Of a stretch of DNA of 56,095 bases, positions 29,145 to 37,472 are shown piece after piece. The translations under genes were made by a program, and so were the position numbers. The DNA lies in assembly GCA_043782425.1 (NCBI GenBank), contig JAYWAM010000331.1:1-56095 (forward strand). The letters are read 5' to 3'. The notes below the pieces were generated by a model. The model saw only the letters and a program-made list of their open reading frames with translations, was not told where the DNA came from and did not search any database. The stretch comes from Betaproteobacteria bacterium. Its GTDB lineage: Bacteria; Pseudomonadota; Gammaproteobacteria; Burkholderiales; Usitatibacteraceae. How positions within the stretch are numbered: position 1 is the stretch's first letter; every line of letters begins with the position of its first letter.

Positions 29145-30509
29145 GTGGAACTACTCGGCTTGCTCGCAGGATTACTTTTGCCCTGGCTACTGGGTGTGGT
29201 GTGGCTGCGCGCGCCGTGGCTCGGCGTCGGCGCAGTAACCTGGCCCACGCTATTGGGATACGGCTATCTGGCGGGTATGTTGGCGACCACTTTACTGATG
29301 CGCCTTCTGGATTTGCTTGGCATGCCCCTTGGGTTTCTCAGCATCGGCGTGGCGTTGTTGGTGTTGATTATCGCCGGGGCATGGCTGGGGCGCAAAACGC
29401 CGCGGAAATGGCTGGCGCTTGGGGCGGATTGGCGCGATTTAGCCGGATGGCGCAAAGCCGCCTACGCGATCCTGTTGTCTGTCATTGTGCTGCGGCTTGT
29501 GGGACTGGGGCTGGAAATTATATGGCGCCCGCTGTTTCCCTGGGACGCCTGGACGCAATGGGCAAGCAAAGCGCGGGTGTGGTATGAACTCGGACACTTG
29601 GCGCCGTTTATCCCCGCTCACGAGTGGCTCGCTGGCAGCGCGGTCGGCGCCTACACCGATTTAGCGCCACATTATCCGCCGGCCATTCCGCTGTTGCAGG
29701 TGTGGATGAGTTACGCCCTCGGTCGCTGGGACGACACGCTGATGAACCTGCCCTGGCTTTTATGTGCGGTCGCCTTGGGGCTGGCGTTTTATGGGCAGGC
29801 GCGCCGCGGGCAAATCGCCCCGCTTCCCGCCCTGATGTTCACCTACTTCCTGTTATCGCTTCCCACACTGGATGTGCATGTGGGCCTGGCAGGGTACGCG
29901 GATTTATTCATGGGAGCGGTGTATGGACTCGCGGCAATGGCTTTTTTCCACTGGGCGCGCACGCGCGATACCTGGCAGGGCGCGATGGCGCTGCTGTTTG
30001 GACTGGGTTGCATTCTGATCAAGCAGCCCGGCATCGGCTGGGCGCTGACTTTTGTCCCGGCGCTATGGGCGGTTTTCATGCCGCGCGCCGGGCTGGCAGG
30101 AACAGCGGCGCTGATAGCCATTGGTGTGGTTGCGTTATTTGCGCTTGGTGAAACAAACATTAACTTGCTTGGCTATCCCCTGCATTTGCGCTTTAGCGCA
30201 GACTGGGGGCCATTCTGGGAAAACATGATGGTGATGGATAACTGGCATCTGCTGTGGTTTATGGCGGCGGCAGCGCTGCTAGTGTCGCGGCGCAAACTGC
30301 TCGCGCGCGTCTACCTGAGTATGACGCTGTTGCTGGTTTCGGCCCTATCTTTCCTTGCGCTGGTGTTCTTTTTCACCCAGGCGCAGGCGTGGGCAAAAGA
30401 TTTCACCACCATCAATCGCGCGCTATTGCATATGGCGCCCATGCTTATGTTCTATGTCATGGTGCTGATGCAGCCTCCTTCTACTGGATTTGATACAGGT
30501 CAAAAGTGA
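29145..30509 (+). CDS. polytopic inner-membrane protein, possibly GT-C-fold (ArnT/PMT_2-like) glycosyltransferase
   Basis: 454-aa ORF (GTG start) with 10 or more hydrophobic segments. A loop containing PWDAWTQWASKA and ...HYPPAIPLLQVW... is reminiscent of GT-C enzymes. The functional call is tentative. Confidence 0.6.
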   Translation: MELLGLLAGLLLPWLLGVVWLRAPWLGVGAVTWPTLLGYGYLAGMLATTLLMRLLDLLGMPLGFLSIGVALLVLIIAGAWLGRKTPRKWLALGADWRDLAGWRKAAYAILLSVIVLRLVGLGLEIIWRPLFPWDAWTQWASKARVWYELGHLAPFIPAHEWLAGSAVGAYTDLAPHYPPAIPLLQVWMSYALGRWDDTLMNLPWLLCAVALGLAFYGQARRGQIAPLPALMFTYFLLSLPTLDVHVGLAGYADLFMGAVYGLAAMAFFHWARTRDTWQGAMALLFGLGCILIKQPGIGWALTFVPALWAVFMPRAGLAGTAALIAIGVVALFALGETNINLLGYPLHLRFSADWGPFWENMMVMDNWHLLWFMAAAALLVSRRKLLARVYLSMTLLLVSALSFLALVFFFTQAQAWAKDFTTINRALLHMAPMLMFYVMVLMQPPSTGFDTGQK

Positions 30510-30614
30510 TTCCCTCTTTAAGCTTAGACTCTTGCTCGAAACCTTCTTTCTGGAACGTTGGGAGGGCATTTTTTTGAGACAACGAGGTAGCGTATTTCCC
30601 AAAGGAGTAGCTAG

Positions 30615-31553
30615 ATGATTACGCAAAGAATCGACGCCATAACCCGGATCCCCGAGAAATACCTGCATAGCGTACTCCCCGCCCCCCGGTCTGTGAAAAT
30701 CGAATTAACATCGCAGTGCAATTACCGCTGCGGATTTTGCGCCCACCGCCTGAGAATGAAAGATCGCGGCGAGATGGATTTTTCTCTTTACCAGCGCCTC
30801 GTTGCTGAAATGGTGGACGCAGGGGTGGAAGAACTGGGCATGTTCTACATCGGCGAATCGTTCATGTGCGAATGGCTTCCAGAAGCCATTGAGTTTGCGA
30901 AAAAACGCGGCATAGATTATGTCTTTCTGACAACCAATGGGTCTCTCGCCACGCCGGAAAAGTTGAGGAAATGCATGGCGGCCGGTCTTGATTCGCTTAA
31001 ATTCTCCATGAACAACTCGGACGAGCAGCAGTTCAAGGAAATCACCAGTGTAAAAACCAAACTCTTCTACGATTCGCTCGCCAACCTTAAGGCTGCAAAA
31101 AAAATCCGCGATGAAGGCGGCTACGGCTGCCGGATATACGCATCGAGTATTCAGTACAACGGCGAACAGCAGGAACGTATGCTCGCCCTGGTTAATGGAA
31201 TTCGTCCTTATGTCGATGAACACTATTGGCTCCCGCTTTACTCCATGGGCAGCCTGGCCACGCAACGTGAGGAAGAGCTGGGTTACCGTCCGATAGCAGG
31301 GAACCAGGGGCGCATTGGCGCGCTACGGGAACCGCTTCCCTGCTGGTCTGCCTTCACTGAAGGGCACATCACCCATAATGGAAAACTTTCTGCCTGCTGT
31401 TTTGATGCAGGTGACCGTTGGGTAATGGCCGACCTGAACCAGGTTTCCTTTATGGAGGGTTGGAACAGCACGCTTTTCACCAACCTTCGCGAGGCGCATC
31501 TGCGCAAAGATGTCACCGGCACAATCTGTGAACAGTGCGTTGCCTACAATTAA
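30615..31553 (+). CDS. radical SAM enzyme with SPASM/twitch-like C-terminal Cys cluster
   Basis: 312-aa ORF with CNYRCGFC (CX3CX2C) near the N-terminus and C-terminal cysteines CWSAF...GKLSACCFDAGD...GTICEQCV. A strong SD (AAAGGAG) lies upstream. Confidence 0.85.
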   Translation: MITQRIDAITRIPEKYLHSVLPAPRSVKIELTSQCNYRCGFCAHRLRMKDRGEMDFSLYQRLVAEMVDAGVEELGMFYIGESFMCEWLPEAIEFAKKRGIDYVFLTTNGSLATPEKLRKCMAAGLDSLKFSMNNSDEQQFKEITSVKTKLFYDSLANLKAAKKIRDEGGYGCRIYASSIQYNGEQQERMLALVNGIRPYVDEHYWLPLYSMGSLATQREEELGYRPIAGNQGRIGALREPLPCWSAFTEGHITHNGKLSACCFDAGDRWVMADLNQVSFMEGWNSTLFTNLREAHLRKDVTGTICEQCVAYN

Positions 31554-31593
31554 GGGGCTGTTCTAGGGAATTGAAACGCCGGACAACTCGGTA

Positions 31594-31678
31594 TGCACTC
31601 GCGTTCGTGCACCCGTTCTTCGGCATATTCACAGGAGATCTATTCGTTGAAATAGGGCCTGCCGACAGCGAAGTACAC
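31594..31678 (-). pseudogene. 3' remnant of a paralogue of the small DxD glycosyltransferase (36761..37444)
   Basis: The minus-strand translation is VYFAVGRPYFNE*ISCEYAEERVHERE, compared with VHFTIGGPYFNETRQCEYAEEWFRERD at the C-terminus of 36761..37444. Nucleotide blocks GCATATTCACA and TTGAAATAGGG are shared, and there is an in-frame stop. Confidence 0.6.
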
Positions 31679-31761
31679 AAAAAAGCCTCTAGTAGACTGC
31701 ATACCGGGTGATGCTAAAATCAGCGCAAAAATCCGCTCGATAAATCGCCATCACTCCCCCG

Positions 31762-33309
31762 ATGAAAATCACTTACATTACTTTTGCCCCCGTGTACCAA
31801 AAGGACGGGGAAATTACTTCAGAGATGGCCTCGGCGCGATACCGCGTCATCTTACCGGCGATTCAGATCTCCCGGCGCGGGCACCAAGTTGAGATTCGCT
31901 CCGTTCCACCATCGGGATGGACCCCTGCTTTGGCAGCGGAGATTACTGCGGATTGCGTTGTGCTTTCCAAGAGTTTTCATGAAAGCAATGAGCTGCTTGT
32001 CGATAATCTCCGTGGACGGGGAATACGCGTATTGCTCGATCTGTGTGACAACCATTTTGAGGATCCGCGACTAGGGCCTCATCTCAAAAAATTGATCTCT
32101 ACCGTCAGCGGCATCATCGCATCAACCGCCAAAATGGCCGAAGTGATCAAAGAGCACACAGGCAAGGACTCAATAGTAATTGGCGACCCTGTAGAGGGTT
32201 CCCGTAGCGAACCGGCATTTGAACCAAGGTTTCCTTTTCTCAAGACACTGTGGTTCGGGCATCCTAGCAACCTGGAAAGTCTCATGAGAATAATTCCGGA
32301 GCTGGAACGGTTTTCTGGCGCCATCCCGATTTCGTTGAAAGTAGTGACCAGCCTGGTTAAAGGCTTAGAGGAAAAACTACAGCGCATCACTCAGAACTGC
32401 GCTGGACGATTGAAAATAGAGCTTGCGCCCTGGAGTATTGAGGCGACCTGGAAAGCGCTTTCAGAAACGAACATCGTACTTATCCCATCCCTGGAAAACG
32501 AGAAAAAATCTGTAAAGAGTCCAAATCGTTTGGTCGAATCTCTTTGGGCGGGACGGTTTGTTGTCGCCCATCCCATTCCCGCATATGGCCTTTTTGATGA
32601 CGCCGCCTGGGTTGGCAACAGCATTACTGAAGGAATTCGCTTTGCCCTGGATAATCCCGAACAGGTCGTCAAGAGGATAACCAAGGGGCAACAGCGGGTG
32701 TCGTCCCATTTGTCCAGCTATCATATTGGGCAACTTTGGCTTCAGACATTTGGAGATATCACGCCACGACCCCTCATGCTCAATCTGGGCTGTGGCGACA
32801 AGATTCTTCCGGAGTATGTCAACGTTGACGTGGTGGAAAGTCGCAAGGGCATGCGACCCGATGTTATCTGCGATCTCCATGACCTCGTACCGTTTGCAGA
32901 TGATTCTGTCGACGAAATTCTTTCAGTGCACGTCGTAGAACATTTTTGGCGCTGGGAAGTTTTCGATATACTGCGCGAATGGGTTCGCGTGCTGAAGCCG
33001 GGCGGTAAAATGGTGCTCGAATGTCCCAATCTCCAATCGGCTTGTGAGACATTTCTTGCCGATCCTGTCACCCATTCACGCGAAGATCAGGCTGGTCGAA
33101 GGACGATGTGGGTTTTTTACGGCGACCCTGCCTGGAAAGACCCTTACATGAATCACCGCTGGGGATATACGGTACAGAGCCTTGGTGAAATTATGATGCG
33201 AGCCGGCCTGGTGAACGTCAGGCAAGAGCCCGCTCAATTCAAACTTCGAGAACCGCGTGATATGCGAGTAACAGGAATTAAACCTGGCGCCGGGAGCACA
33301 CCAAAATGA
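31762..33309 (+). CDS. fusion protein: N-terminal glycosyltransferase-like domain + C-terminal class I SAM methyltransferase
   Basis: 515-aa ORF. The C-terminal ~170 aa carry MTase motif I LNLGCGDKILPEYVNVDV and VLKPGGKMVLECP. The N-terminal ~330 aa end in a GT-B-like KSPNRLVESLWAGRFVVAHPIPAY segment. The GT call is tentative. Confidence 0.75.
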   Translation: MKITYITFAPVYQKDGEITSEMASARYRVILPAIQISRRGHQVEIRSVPPSGWTPALAAEITADCVVLSKSFHESNELLVDNLRGRGIRVLLDLCDNHFEDPRLGPHLKKLISTVSGIIASTAKMAEVIKEHTGKDSIVIGDPVEGSRSEPAFEPRFPFLKTLWFGHPSNLESLMRIIPELERFSGAIPISLKVVTSLVKGLEEKLQRITQNCAGRLKIELAPWSIEATWKALSETNIVLIPSLENEKKSVKSPNRLVESLWAGRFVVAHPIPAYGLFDDAAWVGNSITEGIRFALDNPEQVVKRITKGQQRVSSHLSSYHIGQLWLQTFGDITPRPLMLNLGCGDKILPEYVNVDVVESRKGMRPDVICDLHDLVPFADDSVDEILSVHVVEHFWRWEVFDILREWVRVLKPGGKMVLECPNLQSACETFLADPVTHSREDQAGRRTMWVFYGDPAWKDPYMNHRWGYTVQSLGEIMMRAGLVNVRQEPAQFKLREPRDMRVTGIKPGAGSTPK

Positions 33310-33959
33310 ACCATGAAAGCCGCAATCCGCAGAACATCTGGGATGAATACACGGAATGGTTTCACAGCACCAACGTGTGGAAAGGTATGTCCTATCATGG
33401 GATACGGACGTTAAAATTTCCTTCCGACGCGTGGAACTATCAGGAAATCATTTTCGAGCGGGGCATCGATTTTGTGGTAGAGACCGGCACCCGACACGGC
33501 GGGTCGGCGCTTTTCTTTGCCGACACTCTCAAAGCGCGAAATGCGAGCGGCTTCGTCGTCACCATCGACATAGATTCCGAATCACGACAAGTCGCCGCTC
33601 ACGAAAGTATTCGCTTTTTGCTCGGCGACAGCGGTTCGCCCGAAGCGGTCGCCGTGGTCAGGAAACTGCTGCCCGCGCAGCGCGGGCCGCTGTTTCTCAT
33701 ATTGGATTCGGACCACACCAAAGCACATGTATTAAGAGAGCTCGAAGTATGGGTGCCCTCGTTGCAGCGCGGGGACTATCTTGTGGTCGAGGACACAATT
33801 GTCAACGGTCGCCCCGTACGACCGAATTTCGGACCCGGCCCCTGGGAAGCGATAATGGACTACCGGGAGCACAATCCCGGACAACTATGGCACGATAAAG
33901 CAAGGGAAACCAAGTTCGGAACGACTGCGGCGCCCAACGGCTACTACGTGAAACTGTAA
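33306..33959 (+). CDS. CmcI (cephalosporin hydroxylase)-family O-methyltransferase
   Basis: 217-aa ORF with the typical CmcI sequence WKGMSYHGIRTLKFPSDAWNYQEIIFERGIDFVVETGTRHGGSALFFAD. It has an ATGA overlap with the upstream fusion gene. Confidence 0.8.
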   Translation: MNHESRNPQNIWDEYTEWFHSTNVWKGMSYHGIRTLKFPSDAWNYQEIIFERGIDFVVETGTRHGGSALFFADTLKARNASGFVVTIDIDSESRQVAAHESIRFLLGDSGSPEAVAVVRKLLPAQRGPLFLILDSDHTKAHVLRELEVWVPSLQRGDYLVVEDTIVNGRPVRPNFGPGPWEAIMDYREHNPGQLWHDKARETKFGTTAAPNGYYVKL

Positions 33960-33982
33960 GACGGGACACGCAATAACACGCC

Positions 33983-34678
33983 TTACGACGAAATGCGTTC
34001 CTCAAAATAGGAAGGTCCTTCTGGGGTATCTTTCCGCTGCTGGATCCAGAACTCCCATGCAGGGCCGGGATTACGTTTTGCCGTAGAGCGAATTTTTTCT
34101 TCCCACCAAAGCGCAGGATAGATAGTAATGTGGGCGTTTTCGCCGGAAGGCAGATGTTTCTTTGCCGGGAAACAGGCGACATTTGCAAAGACAAATTTCG
34201 TGGCGTAACGAAAAATCTCGTCAAGGATCCAGTCCATATCTTCTTCCGGGCAATGTTCAAGCACATCGGTCGAAATTACACCGTCAAATTTTCCGCTCGG
34301 CAGATTGCTATGCGGCACATAGCTAGGGTCATAGCAGGAAATCTGTTTCACGCCCCAATATTCTTTGATACTGCCTAACACGCGACCGTCTGCATTTTTA
34401 ATGTTCATCGGGCCGTACTGAAAACCTTTTCCGCATCCATAGTCGAGAATACTCTCAGCGCCATAGCGAATAATCAGCGTTCTGATACTGTCAGCCTGGG
34501 GGATAAGGCTTTGACCGGAAAAGGTATTTTGCGGCGTGATGCCGAGACTCTTTTCTCCCTCGACATGCATGGTCTGGTATTGCTTGATCAGATGATGATA
34601 GCGCGGGCTCGGATTACTGCGGCTGAAACTCACATGATTCTCCAAAGATGAAATTCGCTCCAAAGCACGGCCTGCCAA
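33983..34678 (-). CDS. class I SAM-dependent methyltransferase
   Basis: 231-aa ORF with motif I ILDYGCGKGFQYG and DGVISTDVLEHCPEED. It is the last gene of the long minus-strand operon. Confidence 0.8.
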   Translation of the reverse strand: MAGRALERISSLENHVSFSRSNPSPRYHHLIKQYQTMHVEGEKSLGITPQNTFSGQSLIPQADSIRTLIIRYGAESILDYGCGKGFQYGPMNIKNADGRVLGSIKEYWGVKQISCYDPSYVPHSNLPSGKFDGVISTDVLEHCPEEDMDWILDEIFRYATKFVFANVACFPAKKHLPSGENAHITIYPALWWEEKIRSTAKRNPGPAWEFWIQQRKDTPEGPSYFEERISS

Positions 34679-34711
34679 TCCGGCCTGACAAGAGCAACAA
34701 TATGAATTTTA

Positions 34712-36736
34712 TCATTTGCACAGAGTGGCATAGTGATCGCGCATCAAGTCCGCGTGCAGCTTTTCGGCCATATCGGCCCAACTGCCATCTGTCGCCTGCC
34801 TATAAATCGCGAATCGCGGAAACCACGGCGATCTTTCTGTTCCATACATCCAGCGCCATTCCGGCGGGTGGGGTACAAGCACCTTTGCAATCCTGTTCAC
34901 GCCAGCACGAAGATGCATGTTGGTGTTGCTCACGCCCACATAATCATCTAGCAGCGAAACCAGCGCCAAAGCTTGCTCCATATCCTCGTTAGAGGCAGAA
35001 AGATCAAAAACTGGTTGACCGATAGCAGAGGCCAACCGATCCAGTTCTGTCGGCTGCGGCGCCCTCTGTAGCGAAACAAAGGTCGCGTCCAGATCCTTTA
35101 ATCCTGTTGCCAACGCATTGAGCGGCGCCTCCTTGTGAAGAAGGTTGCGTTGCTTTGATGTAGGCCGGACGCCTGCTCTCCAGGTAAGCCCGATATAAGG
35201 TGGAGGACCAAAATTGCTTAGCAATTGTTTCATGGCCTGACACATCTCAGGTTTGGCGCTAAGAGCAAACGGGGGGGGCGCATTTTCCGCTTCATTGCAC
35301 TGCAAGATAAACGGCAAATCACCGAGTGGGATTTGTACTGAACCCGCCGGAATGGGGTCCTGCAATCCGATCACTGAATCAAACAAACCCGTCCTTTGAA
35401 ACATTTCAGCAAGGCGCGCTTCACCGCAGTAAACCAACGTCGAACACAATTCTCGGACAAGTGGGGCGAAGCGCATAAAAAAAAGAATGTCGCCCAACCC
35501 CTGCTCGGAATGGAGCACGACGACTTTATCAGACAGCGTTTTCAGCTCGATGCGTTGCGGGTATCCAGGCTGTCGTGGCAACACATCGGGATGATGCCCG
35601 TTTCCCTTCCCCCAAACGTATTCCTTCCAGCCCTCCCCCCAGTTTCCCAGCGCAAGTTGCGCGTGGGCAAGATTGGTGTGGGCCTGCCAGAGATCGGGGT
35701 CAAGTTTAATGGCACGGCGGCAATATCCTACTTCCGCCCCAGGTTCGCCGCACTTGCGGAAAATGATTCCCAAGGTCACCTGCGCAATAGCAGAAAAAGG
35801 ATTGAGTCTGATGACTTCAGCGTGATACTTCTTGGCAAGGTCATACATTTTCTCATCATCATAAACAATGCCTAAATTCATAAAGGCTTCGGAATAGTCT
35901 GGCCGGAGTGCGATGGCGCGCTCGAAACACTCGATGGACGCTTTGACATCACCAAGGCGGCACAGCGCAGTTCCCAGATTGTTGCTCGCTTCGGCAAGCT
36001 GTGGATTCAAGCCAAGCGCTTGCCTGAAACTCCGGGCGGCATTTTCGTAATCTTCGTGCTCGAGTAAAAGCATTCCCAGGTTATTGTGCAGTTCGGCCAC
36101 GTCCGGGCTAAGCTCAACCGCCTTGCTCAGCGCTTGAGCAGCCGCAACCAAGTCCCCCTGCTCCTGTAACGCAAGTCCGAGATTGCTGTACGCCGCACCC
36201 AGATCGGGCTTATGGGCAATCGCGGCCTTAAATGCCGCCAGCGCTTCATTGAGCCGTTCTGTACGCTTGAATAGGTTGCCGAGATTGTTGCGCGCTTCGG
36301 CAAATCCCGGTTTAAGCTCGATTGATTTTTGATAATGGTGTTCAGCCTCTGTAAAGCGCTGTAGATGCTGGAACAGCAGTCCCAGGTTGTAGTGAGCTTC
36401 TGCATTTTTTGCGTCGAGCTGAAGCGCCCGCTGGTAGTTCAAAATGGCTTCGTTAGAGCGACCGTGTTCGTGCAAAGCCATTGCCATACTACAGTGGTAC
36501 ACGGCATTATTCGGATTCACATGAATGGCGCGCGCCAGCAGACCAATAGCATCGGGATGCCGCGCGCGATGCGCGATCAGTCCCAATAGATGTAAAGCAT
36601 CAGGGTGATCCGGCTGGACCTGAAGGACACCCCGATAAAGCCTTTCGGCTTCCTGAATGCGACCGGCCTGCTGCTGCTGCAGTCCCTGTTGCAGCGCTGA
36701 AAAAATTTCAGATTGGCTCGTCATTGCCGTCGACAA
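34712..36736 (-). CDS. TPR-repeat protein fused to a GT9 (heptosyltransferase)-like domain
   Basis: 674-aa ORF. The N-terminal ~370 aa consist of tandem 34-aa TPR units (AEAHYNLG..., AEARNNLG..., AELHNNLG...). The C-terminal domain has GLGDILFFMRFAPLV and VGVSNTNMHLRAG, resembling GT9 nucleotide-sugar-binding blocks. It is a paralogue of 37473..39089. Confidence 0.8.
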   Translation of the reverse strand: MSTAMTSQSEIFSALQQGLQQQQAGRIQEAERLYRGVLQVQPDHPDALHLLGLIAHRARHPDAIGLLARAIHVNPNNAVYHCSMAMALHEHGRSNEAILNYQRALQLDAKNAEAHYNLGLLFQHLQRFTEAEHHYQKSIELKPGFAEARNNLGNLFKRTERLNEALAAFKAAIAHKPDLGAAYSNLGLALQEQGDLVAAAQALSKAVELSPDVAELHNNLGMLLLEHEDYENAARSFRQALGLNPQLAEASNNLGTALCRLGDVKASIECFERAIALRPDYSEAFMNLGIVYDDEKMYDLAKKYHAEVIRLNPFSAIAQVTLGIIFRKCGEPGAEVGYCRRAIKLDPDLWQAHTNLAHAQLALGNWGEGWKEYVWGKGNGHHPDVLPRQPGYPQRIELKTLSDKVVVLHSEQGLGDILFFMRFAPLVRELCSTLVYCGEARLAEMFQRTGLFDSVIGLQDPIPAGSVQIPLGDLPFILQCNEAENAPPPFALSAKPEMCQAMKQLLSNFGPPPYIGLTWRAGVRPTSKQRNLLHKEAPLNALATGLKDLDATFVSLQRAPQPTELDRLASAIGQPVFDLSASNEDMEQALALVSLLDDYVGVSNTNMHLRAGVNRIAKVLVPHPPEWRWMYGTERSPWFPRFAIYRQATDGSWADMAEKLHADLMRDHYATLCK

Positions 36737-36760
36737 AGCAGATGGCGACCTGCTCCGCTC

Positions 36761-37444
36761 TTAGCGGTTTTCCGCAACCAACATGGCGTCGCGTTCACGG
36801 AACCACTCTTCTGCATATTCACACTGGCGGGTTTCATTGAAATAGGGTCCGCCGATTGTGAAATGAACCAGTGAAGCATCCCTGCGCGGCGCATCATAGC
36901 CGACCAGGTGATTCCATCCGGAGGGAAGCTCGCCAATCAGCGCATCGTCTGCCAGCCACTTGAACTGATGCAGTTCAAGACCCGTCGCAGCATTTACAAA
37001 ATCAGGCGTGAGGGCGCGGCATTTTGCACAGTTCATTAGCATGACGCTCGACCAGTTCTTTTTCTCATACTTGGTTTGCTGGTAGCCGAGAAACTTCACT
37101 TCTTCCTTCGGTACATGGTTGTGCTTGACCACCTGAACCGCAAAGCGATCATCGCGCAACGCCCATAATCTGGCAATATCGTCCAGTACGAGCATATCGT
37201 TATCCGTAAAAATCGCCCAGCCTTCAAAACCCGCCAGATAAGGAGTGAGAAAACGCGAGAACGAGAATTCCGTGGATTGTAGAGGATTGCGCTCACGCGT
37301 ATAGACCCCCTTCAATTGCGCGAGCATCAGCGGCGTTATCGAGACGGGCAATGAGGATCGAACATTGATGCTATGGGAAAGCACATTGTATGCAACCGCT
37401 TCGCGCGCGTCGTAACCGATATAAATACGAATTGTGTTGCTCAT
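36761..37444 (-). CDS. small glycosyltransferase (GT-A, GT8-like, DxD)
   Basis: 227-aa ORF with IRIYIGYDAREAVAYNV at the N-terminus and a DxD-type motif IFTDNDMLVLDD. Confidence 0.65.
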   Translation of the reverse strand: MSNTIRIYIGYDAREAVAYNVLSHSINVRSSLPVSITPLMLAQLKGVYTRERNPLQSTEFSFSRFLTPYLAGFEGWAIFTDNDMLVLDDIARLWALRDDRFAVQVVKHNHVPKEEVKFLGYQQTKYEKKNWSSVMLMNCAKCRALTPDFVNAATGLELHQFKWLADDALIGELPSGWNHLVGYDAPRRDASLVHFTIGGPYFNETRQCEYAEEWFRERDAMLVAENR

Positions 37445-37472
37445 AGAGGAAGTCTATCTGAAGTAAAAGAAG

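Noticed and set aside
29145-30509. I considered whether the 454-aa polytopic membrane protein is an exosortase or a Wzy/WaaL-type enzyme.
   Set aside because: No exosortase signature residues or motifs and no O-antigen-ligase-like loop motif could be recognised by eye. Only a loose GT-C-like pattern was seen, so it is kept as a tentative call.
30510-30614. I considered a terminator between the 454-aa membrane-protein gene and the first radical SAM gene, because of the T7 run at 30573-30579.
   Set aside because: No stable GC-rich stem lies immediately upstream of the T run, only weak long-range CCCTC/GAGGG complementarity.
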